Assembly (NCBI GenBank): GCA_963668175.1
Contig: OY764159.1
Coordinates: 256,001 to 320,000 of the forward strand
Direction of reading: 5' to 3'
DNA from: Syntrophales bacterium
Lineage (GTDB): Bacteria > Desulfobacterota > Syntrophia > Syntrophales > PHBD01
DNA length: 64,000 bases
Shown: one piece after another, positions 45,801 to 54,389 of the stretch
Numbering within the stretch: position 1 is the first letter of the stretch
Layout of the letters: each line of letters opens with the position of its first letter
The notes under the pieces: generated by a model
The model's database searches: none
The model's input: the letters and a program-made list of their open reading frames with translations, nothing else
Told to the model about the DNA's origin: nothing
Program-made: the position numbers and the translations under genes

Positions 45801-45902
45801 ATCCAGCGACAGGCGTCCGACGCTGAGAGAAAACAGCGACGCGACGACGATGATGACCGCGACAACCAAAGGCCAGCGGATCGAATACCGACTCAAAAAC
45901 AT
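42828..45902 (-). CDS. MMPL/RND-type exporter fused to a C-terminal class I SAM methyltransferase
   Basis: Two membrane blocks containing TVDY and GTDY, QDPLG in the soluble loop, C-terminal ILDIGCGYG and LDVIH. Confidence 0.85.
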   Translation of the reverse strand: MFLSRYSIRWPLVVAVIIVVASLFSLSVGRLSLDFDLTASLPQSDPVLADARYIVRNHPIQDRIVIDVAHRGDDIDRLVDGGALVEKRLRDSGLFKRVGLEDQYALVPELMAYVVNHLTVLFTAKDLRERVLPLLDSRHIRDAVRTNFAQLSSLEGIGQSRFTAQDPLGLKNIVMARLAPLAPSRQIDMYRGQIISPDKKHLLIVAEPAVPAADTAYARKVTAVMDGITSELAHAYGQSDAFILTPVGAYRAALDNETSAKRDTRQAVIFSTLAIAILLILGFPRPLIGLLALLPAFAGTIAALFVYSLFNRTISMLAVGFGGAIISFTVDYGIAYLLFLDRPYETHGLEATKEVWSLGLLAMLTTAVSFAFLFLGGFAALSQLGWFAALGVFFTFVFVHLIYPFVFPSVPPARRDGFIPLQRMVNAVSSSEHPWKLWAALFFAFVMLFFARPDIRIDLNAMNSISAQTVAAEKLVKDVWGGIANRVFLIQEGGDVADLQRRADRLAFQLDREEANGVLSASFVPSLLFPGEERARQNFRDWREFWSSERVSALTADIERAARESGFRPGAFNPFLSMLAEREYRAVGVPEQYFSLLGIARKHDGQGLSFFTTLTPGPEYRPVSFFTRLRALSDVKVFDPTFFGERLGAFIFSGFLKVALIVGIMTLAVAFLYLLDLPLTLIAVAPTVFALVCTVGTLNLLNEPLGIPMIMVSVVIIGMGTDYALYLVRSYQRYLDEYHPSLGLIRLSVFMSFATTFLGFGVLAISGHVLLRSVGIGLALGIGYSFLGAIAIVPPLMKRIYRPLDCPPEQDLVPASKRHRKRVMVRYRHMEASPRLHAWLRMRFDPLYGCLSEYVKAPRLILDIGCGYGLACAWLLELYPAARVHAVDPEKKRVLFASRVIGKQGVAVQGKAPALDNLPSGADTALLLDVIHLLSDEEFSLTLRKIRESLAPGGMLLIRERATSSTDLSRRDTLSALRNRLLGIKPVVRSHEEVMAILTAEGFDVAEPESETPARFLILTAFKV

Positions 45903-46164
45903 ACCGGAATCACCTATTTACTGATTGCCTGACGAGGCATGGATACCTTCAAAACGCCCGAAATGTCAAGAATGCATTGGCACGACCCGTCAGGATGGCG
46001 AGAACAACGTCTCTTGCCCAATTCCGTGCCGGGGTCAGACATCGCAGCAATGCGACCAAGACCATGCTTTCACAAAAGATTTCGTCAGCCAAATCACTTG
46101 AAGATCACCGAATAACATGATAGGTAAGAAAAACTTATCATGACGACAGGCTGCGCGGGGGTCT

Positions 46165-46953
46165 ATGGGAATCTTCAAAATCGCCACCTATAATGTCAAT
46201 TCCATACGTTCCCGGCTTCACATCATTCTTCCCTGGCTCCAATCCCATCGTCCCGACGCCTTTTGCATGCAGGAAACGAAGGTGAAAGACGATCAATTCC
46301 CTGTCCAACCTTTTGAAGATATGGGCTACCACGTCTCCTTCAGGGGAGAAAAGTCGTACAACGGCATCGCCATGGCGTCGCTTAAGAAGCCGGAGTACCT
46401 TGCTTTCGGGTTCACGGACGACGGTCCCCGCGACGAATCCCGTTTGCTGAGGGCCGTTGTCGGGGGCATTTCTATACTGAATACCTATGTCCCCCAGGGG
46501 CGCGAACGGCCGAGCACTTTTTTCACCTACAAACTTGAGTGGTTTAAGCGTCTCCGCAGACTCATGGAAGAAAATTATTCTCCGGCGGCGCCGCTGATAT
46601 GGTGCGGCGATTTGAATGTCGCCCCTGAAGCCATAGACGTTCATCACCCCAAGCGCCTCCTGGGTCACGTCTGTTTCAATCCCGAAGTATGGGACGCTCT
46701 GAAAGCCGTTTCATCATGGGGTTTCACAGATATCTTCAGAAAGCATCACCCCGGCGAGGCCGGACAATATACATTTTTTGACTACCGCGTTCCGAAATCG
46801 ACGGAGCGGGGCCTCGGCTGGCGGGTCGATCATATATTCGCGACGGATACCCTGGCGGGAAAATCGCGTAGTTGTACCATAGATATGGGCCCACGTCTCA
46901 GCCAGAAGCCATCCGATCATACCATCCTTACGGCAGATTTCGGAATCGCTTGA
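46165..46953 (+). CDS. xth: Exodeoxyribonuclease III
   Basis: TYNVNS, MQETK, GDLN, YTFFDYR, GWRVDH, SDH. Confidence 0.96.
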   Translation: MGIFKIATYNVNSIRSRLHIILPWLQSHRPDAFCMQETKVKDDQFPVQPFEDMGYHVSFRGEKSYNGIAMASLKKPEYLAFGFTDDGPRDESRLLRAVVGGISILNTYVPQGRERPSTFFTYKLEWFKRLRRLMEENYSPAAPLIWCGDLNVAPEAIDVHHPKRLLGHVCFNPEVWDALKAVSSWGFTDIFRKHHPGEAGQYTFFDYRVPKSTERGLGWRVDHIFATDTLAGKSRSCTIDMGPRLSQKPSDHTILTADFGIA

Positions 46954-46985
46954 CCAGATCACAGATACGCAGAAAGGGATGTGCC

Positions 46986-47555
46986 ATGCACGACGATACG
47001 AAAACGATCAAACTCAACGAGGAGATTAAACGGAAATACGAGAATATCGAACAGCGGTTCCCTCAATACGCCGATGCCAGAACGTTGTTCGAAGGGCTCC
47101 TCTCCCAGATGGCCGAAGAATTCGCCATCCCTTATATTTGGCTGACCTTCAGCGACAGGGAAGACATGGCCGGCCTTGTCGATCTCCTTTCCGCATCGCC
47201 ACAGATTAAAGATCGCCTGAAGATCCTCGCCGAATCTTCCTTTGCGGAACTCTTTGAGAACAAGGACACATCGATCCTCGCCAATGAAGATTTAAGGCCG
47301 TTCTATCGCCTGTTGCCGCCCAACGTGAAATATTTTATCCGTTCCTTAGCCATCGCCCCCATAAGAATCGACGGTCGGTTGTCGGGAAGTCTCAACTGCG
47401 GCGACGCTTCGAGTCTTCGCTATCAGCCGGGCATGGATACGTCTCTCCTGGATCGGTTGGCCGCGCAAGTCTCAGATCGTCTGGCGGCTCTGATGGACTC
47501 CGAAAGGATGGCTACGCCGAATCCGGAAGACGCCCAGGAAACGCATAAGGGATGA
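46986..47555 (+). CDS. DUF484/GAF-like stand-alone protein
   Basis: SLAIAPI..DG.L.GSLN.GD....RY.PGM.T.LL; paralogous to the N-terminus of the protein at 57477-58490. Confidence 0.7.
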   Translation: MHDDTKTIKLNEEIKRKYENIEQRFPQYADARTLFEGLLSQMAEEFAIPYIWLTFSDREDMAGLVDLLSASPQIKDRLKILAESSFAELFENKDTSILANEDLRPFYRLLPPNVKYFIRSLAIAPIRIDGRLSGSLNCGDASSLRYQPGMDTSLLDRLAAQVSDRLAALMDSERMATPNPEDAQETHKG

Positions 47556-47830
47556 CGATCCCATGAGGGGCGGCATCTGGTCGGGAGATATCACGGAGAA
47601 GCCGAGGAAACCGTCGGGCGCGCTTCATACCTCTGGCCGTAACACCGGCCGGCGGGCGCACAGGCACGGTGTTCCACAAAGCTCCTCGCATGAGAGCAGT
47701 GGAAGTCTCCGGCTATAATTCTCGTATCATCTCCGTCATGAGAGGCATTCTCTCACTTGGCCTTCCCGGCCCGGCAACGGGACGGGCGTCGAAACAAGAT
47801 TGATTTAACGCGTTTAAATCGGGACGTTGT

Positions 47831-48277
47831 ATGAAATTTCTCGATCGGCTGTTGGCAAAAAAACGGGATAAAGAAGAGCCGGCGGATGTCCTGACGCTGG
47901 CCAATCAGATCAGCACCCTCATTGACAAGACCTCCTGGGACATCTTTTCAACATATCGCCTGGAACTCCTTGGAGAATCCATAGCTTATATTGTCCCGGC
48001 CATCTGGGGAGCCAGAAAGGAAGGAGACCTCACTCCGCTGCAAAGAACGATCAATGATCATGTTGAGCCCATTATCAAAGAGATTTTCTCTTCCCTGGCG
48101 ATTCGAGGGATGGAAGCCCAACAGGAATTTGCCTTGAGTTTTCTCATTCGCGGCCTTATCATCTCGAAAATCACTTACATGATCGAGGCGTTTCGCAACA
48201 GGCTCAACGAGCAGGCCTTCGACGAGCAGAAGTTGAAAGACGCCCTATCCAACATCAAACCTCTCGGTACGGCATGA
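47831..48277 (+). CDS. Hypothetical protein (148 aa, probably helical)
   Basis: Clean ATG ORF filling the gap between two genes; no family recognised. Confidence 0.6.
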   Translation: MKFLDRLLAKKRDKEEPADVLTLANQISTLIDKTSWDIFSTYRLELLGESIAYIVPAIWGARKEGDLTPLQRTINDHVEPIIKEIFSSLAIRGMEAQQEFALSFLIRGLIISKITYMIEAFRNRLNEQAFDEQKLKDALSNIKPLGTA

Positions 48278-48354
48278 CGGCAGGCCTTAATACCCCGTAC
48301 CGAAATTCCTTCATAACCCATTGCCTCCAACCAGCCATCGAGAATATCTATCGC

Positions 48355-48867
48355 CTATATTTCTTCGCAGCAATGCCCTCCCTTGGAACGGCAGCCATTC
48401 TCCTTGGCCTTCTCAGCCAGTCTCGTTTCTCTTCTGGCACGCGCTTCTTCGTTGCGGCGCCGTTCGTTATCCGTCTCCAGGATCAGGGGCGGTAACTCCC
48501 GGGGCCGGCCGTCCTTGTCGATGGCCACATAGGTCAGATAAGCCGACGCCGTATGGCACCGCTTGCCCGTGATGAGATTTTCCGACTCGACGCGGACGCC
48601 GACCTCCATGGATGTCCTGCCGACGTAATTTAAGCTGGCTCTCATGGTCACATAATCTCCGACATAGACAGGATAGTGAAAATCCAGTCGGTCTATGGAA
48701 GCGGTAACGGCATTCGATCTTGCATGGCGGATCGCAACGACGCCCGCAATCGTATCGATGAGTTTCATGATCACACCGCCATGGACATTGCCCGCAGGAT
48801 TGGCATCAAGGGGATTCATCTGCTGGGCCATGACGACACTGCTTTCCTGTACTGTCTTACTTTCCAT
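48355..48867 (-). CDS. Acyl-CoA thioesterase (hotdog fold, YciA-like)
   Basis: DANPAGNVHGG, VTASID, GRTSMEVGV, YVAID..GRP. Confidence 0.93.
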   Translation of the reverse strand: MESKTVQESSVVMAQQMNPLDANPAGNVHGGVIMKLIDTIAGVVAIRHARSNAVTASIDRLDFHYPVYVGDYVTMRASLNYVGRTSMEVGVRVESENLITGKRCHTASAYLTYVAIDKDGRPRELPPLILETDNERRRNEEARARRETRLAEKAKENGCRSKGGHCCEEI

Positions 48868-48961
48868 CTAATAACTCCTTTGTAAAAAATGATTCATGGT
48901 AAATCATACAGGCAGATACGGCCATAGGCAACGAAAAATTATGGCCCTTCATCCTTGCGGC

Positions 48962-48999
48962 AAAAGGAAAGGGCCCCGTTGAAGGAACAGGGCCCTTTT
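48962..48999 (-). terminator. Rho-independent terminator after the PanE-BKACE fusion gene
   Basis: On the minus strand: AAAGGGCCC...GGGCCCTTT then CCTTTT; could act in both directions. Confidence 0.7.
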
Positions 49000-49019
49000 C
49001 ATTCCGAGATGACGTCTGC

Positions 49020-51020
49020 TTACTTTTTCAAGCCCAGGATTTCCCGGGTCTCATCGGGACTTGCCGGCTCAAAATCGAATTCGCGCATGATCCTGACCAT
49101 TTTTTCCACGAGTTCGCCGTTGTTTTTGGCGAAGACGCCCTTCTTTACAAACAGGTTGTCCTCCATGCCGACGCGGACATGGCTGCCCAGGAAAAGCCCC
49201 TGGGTACAGACGGGAAATTCATTTCGGCCGGCGCCGATGACGGACCATTGATAATTGCCCCTGCCGAAGATACGGTCGGCCGTCGTATTCAGACTGATCA
49301 GATCATAGGGGGTTGACTGGATCCCTCCCAGAATGCCCGTCACGAACTGCAAATAGACCGGCGGTTTCAGATAACCCGCCTGCAGAAGGTAGCCGCAGTT
49401 GTAGAGATGGCCGATGTCATAGACCTCCAACTCGGGCTTCGTTCCGTTTTCCGCCATGATGGAGGTCATTTTAAAAAGATCCGCAAACGTATTCTGGAAG
49501 ACATATCCTTTGGCCAGCTCCATCATGGCCCCTTCCCAGGGATATTTCAGTTCCGTGTATTTCTCGATCATGGAAAAGACGCCCCAGTTCATCGATCCCA
49601 GGTTGCACGATGCCAGCTCCGGTTTGAACCGGGGAATGACCGACGCCCGCTGTTCCACCGTCATGCCGGCACCGCCGCCCGTCGTGATGCAGATGATCAG
49701 GTCCTTGTTCTTCGCTCTTATCTTGTCGATGATCTGTTCAAAGACATTGAGATCCGCCACGGGCATACCGTCCTGGGGATTGCGGGCATGGATATGCACG
49801 ACGGCCGCACCGGCAGCGGCCGCATCCAAGGCGTTCTGGGCGATCTGATCGGGTGTTATGGGCAGATAATCGGACATGGATGGCGTGTGAATGGAACCCG
49901 TAATGGCGCAGGTCACAATCCGCTTATGGTACGGTATCTTGCTCTTGGCCGGCCGGGATGCAGGCGCCGCTGCGGCAGGTTTGGCGGCCGTTTCCGCCGG
50001 ACCATCGGGAATATCAGGCAGGACGAACATCTCCAGGTTGGCCATGGCCGGCTTCAATTTGCCGTCCTGGCAGGCGGTGACGATCTCCACGACTTTGTCG
50101 TTGACCGGCGTCTTCACCTTGGCCTTTCGTCCCATCTCCGCCACTTTCCCGTTGATCGTGTTGATTTCGCATGGCAGCCCTTTTTCCAGGTCCTGAAGCA
50201 TGCTCGCCTTAAGTGCCCGATGCGGACCGAAAGCCATCTGGTAAATCATGAACGTCTTCTGCAACTGCTGCTTGTTCTGGAAAGAAAGGATGCCTACGTC
50301 AACGCCCTGAATCGGCTCCGGTTTGATGCCGAGGGCGGATGTCACCTGGAGGCATTCATTGGCGATGTGGGCCACGCAGGCCAGGGCTTTCGGGTTATCG
50401 AGAATATCCCCATAGGTGCAGCCCAATGCTGCAGACATGCCGCTGAACGTAGAATTGACAAGGAGCTTGGTCCAACGGATGCCTATCAATTTATCGGTCG
50501 TGATGGGCACGCCGGCCGACTCCAGCACTTCCTTGACCTTCTGCAGCCGCTCCGTCATTTTGCCGTCCAGTTCCCCGATATCATAGGTCATTTTGTCCGC
50601 CGGGGACGTCAACTGCGACACGCCGGGGGCCATCCAGGTGGCTCCCCAGCCAACGGCGGCTCCGAGGGTTCTCTGCGCGCCGACGTATTCGGCTACCGCA
50701 TCTTCAGGCAACCCGTTCTGAAGGGTGAGAACGATGCTGTCCTTGTGCAGATGAGGAACGAGCGCCGTCAGGGCCGCATCATTGTAATTCGTCTTTACCA
50801 GGTACAAGACCAGGTCGAATGTCCCTTCCATTTGGGCGGGTAAAATCGCCTTGACGGGGACGGTCATTTCCAGAAATCCGGTAATTTGGGCGCCTTTTTC
50901 GTTCAGAGCTTTCACATGAACTTCATTGGCATCGACCAGCACCACATCACGACCGCCCTTTGTCAGCATGGCCCCAATAATCGTCCCCAATGATCCTGCA
51001 CCAACTACTGCAATCTTCAT
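49020..51020 (-). CDS. Fusion protein: ketopantoate-reductase (PanE/ApbA)-like domain + beta-keto acid cleavage enzyme (BKACE/Kce, DUF849)
   Basis: N-half: GAGSLG, LQNG, WTKLLVN, SMLQD..G...E...ING. Pro/Ala linker. C-half: VTCAITG, HIHAR, KPELE.YD.GH, VRVGMEDN. ATG at 51020 follows GGAG. Confidence 0.9.
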   Translation of the reverse strand: MKIAVVGAGSLGTIIGAMLTKGGRDVVLVDANEVHVKALNEKGAQITGFLEMTVPVKAILPAQMEGTFDLVLYLVKTNYNDAALTALVPHLHKDSIVLTLQNGLPEDAVAEYVGAQRTLGAAVGWGATWMAPGVSQLTSPADKMTYDIGELDGKMTERLQKVKEVLESAGVPITTDKLIGIRWTKLLVNSTFSGMSAALGCTYGDILDNPKALACVAHIANECLQVTSALGIKPEPIQGVDVGILSFQNKQQLQKTFMIYQMAFGPHRALKASMLQDLEKGLPCEINTINGKVAEMGRKAKVKTPVNDKVVEIVTACQDGKLKPAMANLEMFVLPDIPDGPAETAAKPAAAAPASRPAKSKIPYHKRIVTCAITGSIHTPSMSDYLPITPDQIAQNALDAAAAGAAVVHIHARNPQDGMPVADLNVFEQIIDKIRAKNKDLIICITTGGGAGMTVEQRASVIPRFKPELASCNLGSMNWGVFSMIEKYTELKYPWEGAMMELAKGYVFQNTFADLFKMTSIMAENGTKPELEVYDIGHLYNCGYLLQAGYLKPPVYLQFVTGILGGIQSTPYDLISLNTTADRIFGRGNYQWSVIGAGRNEFPVCTQGLFLGSHVRVGMEDNLFVKKGVFAKNNGELVEKMVRIMREFDFEPASPDETREILGLKK

Positions 51021-51459
51021 ATCTCCTACCTCCCCCATGATCAATTTGCTAAACCTACAGGCCCCACGCTCACTCCGTGACGCCAGGGTTCTCCCGATCC
51101 CACATCACCCATCTTGCAGACTGCAAGAGGGGTCACCAAAATTATGAAACGGCCAGACTTTAAAACAGAAGAAGTACGGATACGGCCTTAAGTGGCAGTC
51201 GCCGTTCTGCAATGTAAAATAAATGTTGAAGGACGATCGATAGTGATCTTTGCTTCTGATCGCCTGAATCATAGGCTAATATATATCCTGTTAAAAAGCA
51301 ATTGTTGATGGATGGGCATTTTCTCATGCGCCGCATGCCCTGGCTGCATTACCGGTGACCGCGCAAATCTTCAGCCGGATCAGATGTTTGGTATTGTATT
51401 TTCCATAAATAGTGTGATAATTTACAGACTTTCTGGCACTGAACCCTGAGGAAAACGCC

Positions 51460-52626
51460 TTGCCCTTGAAATCGATGACGCAGATGCACCCTGAAAAACT
51501 TACTTGGACGGTCTCGGCCGAGGGACAACAGGGCGAGGCATGTACCGTTTTCCTCTCCGGCGATGTCGCTTTGAAAAGTATCCTGCAGATTCACTCCCGT
51601 CTATTGAGAATAACGGAAGATATAAAGCCGCAAAGCATTACCGTGGACCTCTCCGGGGTCCGCTATCTGGACAGCAACGGCGCCTTGATCCTGCTCAAGT
51701 ACCGGGACTCTCTGGAAAAAAGAGCGATACCCACACAATTCGTGCATATGACCGACGACGCCGCCAGGATATTCGGTCTTCTCGATTTCCGACACCTGAA
51801 GGCCGCTGCCGCACCCTATCCCGCAGATCATCCCGGTTTTTTCATCCGCGTCGGCGTTATAGGCAGACGCGCATATGCGGGCTTCGTTCTTTTAATGATA
51901 TTTGTCGGGGAAGTCATCAGCAGTTTGATATACTCCGCCCGGCATCCCCGCTCCATAAGATGGGACGCCGTCTTTTTGTACATGAAAAGGGCAGGCGTCG
52001 ACGGGCTCCCGATCGTCGGATTGATCAGTTTTTTGATCGGGCTGATCATGGCGTTCATGTCTTCACTTCAGTTGAGACAATTCGGAGCCAATATCTACGT
52101 TGCGTCACTCGTGGCGCTCGCCATTGTGAAGGAACTGGGCCCCATCATGACGGCCATCCTTGTCGCCGGCCGGTCCGGTTCTGCCTTCGCAGCAGAAATA
52201 GGCACCATGATGGTCAATGAAGAAGTGGACGCCTTAACGACCATGGGATTTGATTCAACCAGGTTTCTCGTTATCCCCAAGGTGCTGGCCTCTGTCGTTG
52301 TCGTGCCGATGTTGACCGTCTATGCCGATGTCATCGGTGTCCTGGGGGGACTTGTCGTCGGCGTCACGGGCTTGGATTTGACCTTTTCTTCGTATGTCAA
52401 ACAGACGATGTCCAGCATCAAGGTCTTCGATATCGGTTCAAGCCTTGTCAAGTCGGTATGCTTCGCACTACTTATTTCGGGAATCGTATGCCATCGCGGT
52501 TTTCAAGTGAGGGGCGGCGCCGAAGCGGTCGGGGAAGCGGCAACGAGCGCCGTCGTCTCTGCCATTTTCCTGATCATTGTGTGTGATTCCGCTTTTGCGA
52601 TTATGCTCCACTACATAAGGGCTTGA
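51460..52626 (+). CDS. mlaE: MlaE family ABC permease with N-terminal STAS domain
   Basis: STAS motif DLSGVRYLDS.GA; KELGP..TA, AGRSGS..AAEIG.M, TSAVV. Confidence 0.9.
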   Translation: MPLKSMTQMHPEKLTWTVSAEGQQGEACTVFLSGDVALKSILQIHSRLLRITEDIKPQSITVDLSGVRYLDSNGALILLKYRDSLEKRAIPTQFVHMTDDAARIFGLLDFRHLKAAAAPYPADHPGFFIRVGVIGRRAYAGFVLLMIFVGEVISSLIYSARHPRSIRWDAVFLYMKRAGVDGLPIVGLISFLIGLIMAFMSSLQLRQFGANIYVASLVALAIVKELGPIMTAILVAGRSGSAFAAEIGTMMVNEEVDALTTMGFDSTRFLVIPKVLASVVVVPMLTVYADVIGVLGGLVVGVTGLDLTFSSYVKQTMSSIKVFDIGSSLVKSVCFALLISGIVCHRGFQVRGGAEAVGEAATSAVVSAIFLIIVCDSAFAIMLHYIRA

Positions 52627-52649
52627 ACAGAATCCAATGGGGTGATTGC

Positions 52650-53423
52650 TTGATCGATTCTCAGCATAAGGCCGTTATCACCGTCGACGGCTTATCCGCT
52701 TCATACGGCGACAAGAAGGTTCTCGACAACGTCAGCTTCAGCGTTTTTCAAGGCGAAATATTCGTCGTCGTTGGCGCCAGCGGCTGCGGGAAATCGACCC
52801 TTTTGAAGTATTTGATCGGCCTTTACCGGCCGAAGACAGGAAAGGTCATCGTCCAGGATTTCGATCTCGGCACAGCCGACGACGAACAGCTCCAGAGGTT
52901 CAAAGCAGGCATCGGCGTTCTTTTCCAGTCCAGCGCACTCATCGGCTCCATGACGCTGGGGGAGAACATCGCTCTGCCCCTGCGTCACCACACGGACCTC
53001 CCTCCGGACATGATCGACATGATCGTCAAGATGAAACTGGAACTGGTCAATCTTTCAGGGTACGAAGATTATCTTCCCTCGGAACTGTCCGGAGGTATGC
53101 GCAAAAGGGCGGGGCTGGCCAGGGCCATGGCCATGGACCCGACGATTCTTTTTTTCGATGAGATGTCGGCGGGACTTGACCCAGTCACCGCCGTGGAATT
53201 GGATATCATGGTGAAGGATATCAACAAGGGCATGGGAACGACCATGGTCGTCGTCACCCATGAACTGGAATCGATTTTTACCATCGCCCATCGGGTGATC
53301 ATGCTTGATACGGAAACACGGGGAATCATCGCCGACGGCGACCCCAAAGAGCTGAAGAAGAATGCGACGGACCTGCGGGTCGTCAACTTTTTTAACCGCC
53401 GGGCTGCCGGTTCGTCGGATTAG
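52650..53423 (+). CDS. mlaF: MlaF family ABC ATP-binding protein
   Basis: GASGCGKS, LSGGMRKR, FFDE..AGLDP, VTHEL; start codon uncertain (TTG 52650 chosen). Confidence 0.9.
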   Translation: MIDSQHKAVITVDGLSASYGDKKVLDNVSFSVFQGEIFVVVGASGCGKSTLLKYLIGLYRPKTGKVIVQDFDLGTADDEQLQRFKAGIGVLFQSSALIGSMTLGENIALPLRHHTDLPPDMIDMIVKMKLELVNLSGYEDYLPSELSGGMRKRAGLARAMAMDPTILFFDEMSAGLDPVTAVELDIMVKDINKGMGTTMVVVTHELESIFTIAHRVIMLDTETRGIIADGDPKELKKNATDLRVVNFFNRRAAGSSD

Positions 53424-53453
53424 CGTTCCATCGTTGGTTACAGGAGGTTGAAA

Positions 53454-54386
53454 GTGGCCAGAGAAAAGACCTCAAAATTCGTCATCGGAATTTTCATAAC
53501 AGGGGCCATCATCATTACCGTGATCGCCGTCATCTGGCTTGGCGCCTCTCACTTTTTCGAAAAGGGCACCCGTTATGTCACCTATTTCGACGAATCCGTG
53601 CAGGGCTTGAATCCCGATTCAACTGTTAAGTATCGCGGCGTCGACATCGGCAGGGTCGAGAAAATCTCGGTGGCTCCGGACAAGAAGCTTGTGGAAGTTG
53701 TCATGAAAATCGATCTCAGTCCGGACAACGCCCGTCAAACTTACGCCCAGCTGAAAACCGCAGGACTGACGGGTATCGTGTTCATCGACCTCGACCGCCA
53801 GGACAGGAAGAACATGATCACCCAGCCTCCCTTGACTTTTGATGCGCCCTATCAGGTGATCTACTCCCGTCCTTCCACGACAACGCAGATTCTGGCCGGC
53901 ATAGACGTCATCCTCTCCAAGACCAAGGACCTCGACCTAAAGGGCATTTCCGACGAGGTCAAGACGGTTCAAAAGGCCCTGGCCGAATTCCTGTCGGGCC
54001 CGAGGACGAAAAGCATCATCGCCAATGTCGACGCCACTGCTCAGCATTTGAACAACACGTCCAGAAATATCGACCGGATCGTCGCCGAAAGCGGGATCGA
54101 TTCGATCCTAGCCGATACCAGGAAGACCGTTGCGGAGATGCGCTTGTTGATGACCACCATAAGGAAAGACGTCGAGGCGTTGCACATTGCCGAGACAGCG
54201 GCCAAGGCCGGGCGCATGGTCGATGGGCTGGATAAAAAAACGAAGGAGATTACGGCCGATATCAAGATAACCGCTGAAAATCTAAAGCAGGCATCGGCCA
54301 ATCTCGACCTTCTGGTTGAGGAGCTTCAGGCCAATCCCTCGGAGATTCTCTTCAGCAAACCGCCGCCACCTAGATCGAAGAGGTGA
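53454..54386 (+). CDS. mlaD: MlaD/MCE family protein
   Basis: N-terminal TM helix, SVQGL...S.VKYRGV.IG.V, helical C-terminus; GTG at 53454 follows GGAGG. Confidence 0.9.
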   Translation: MAREKTSKFVIGIFITGAIIITVIAVIWLGASHFFEKGTRYVTYFDESVQGLNPDSTVKYRGVDIGRVEKISVAPDKKLVEVVMKIDLSPDNARQTYAQLKTAGLTGIVFIDLDRQDRKNMITQPPLTFDAPYQVIYSRPSTTTQILAGIDVILSKTKDLDLKGISDEVKTVQKALAEFLSGPRTKSIIANVDATAQHLNNTSRNIDRIVAESGIDSILADTRKTVAEMRLLMTTIRKDVEALHIAETAAKAGRMVDGLDKKTKEITADIKITAENLKQASANLDLLVEELQANPSEILFSKPPPPRSKR

Positions 54387-54389
54387 AAC

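Noticed and set aside
51410..51430. CRP or Rex site (TGTGATAATTTACA)
   Set aside because: Half-site spacing of 4 bp fits neither consensus
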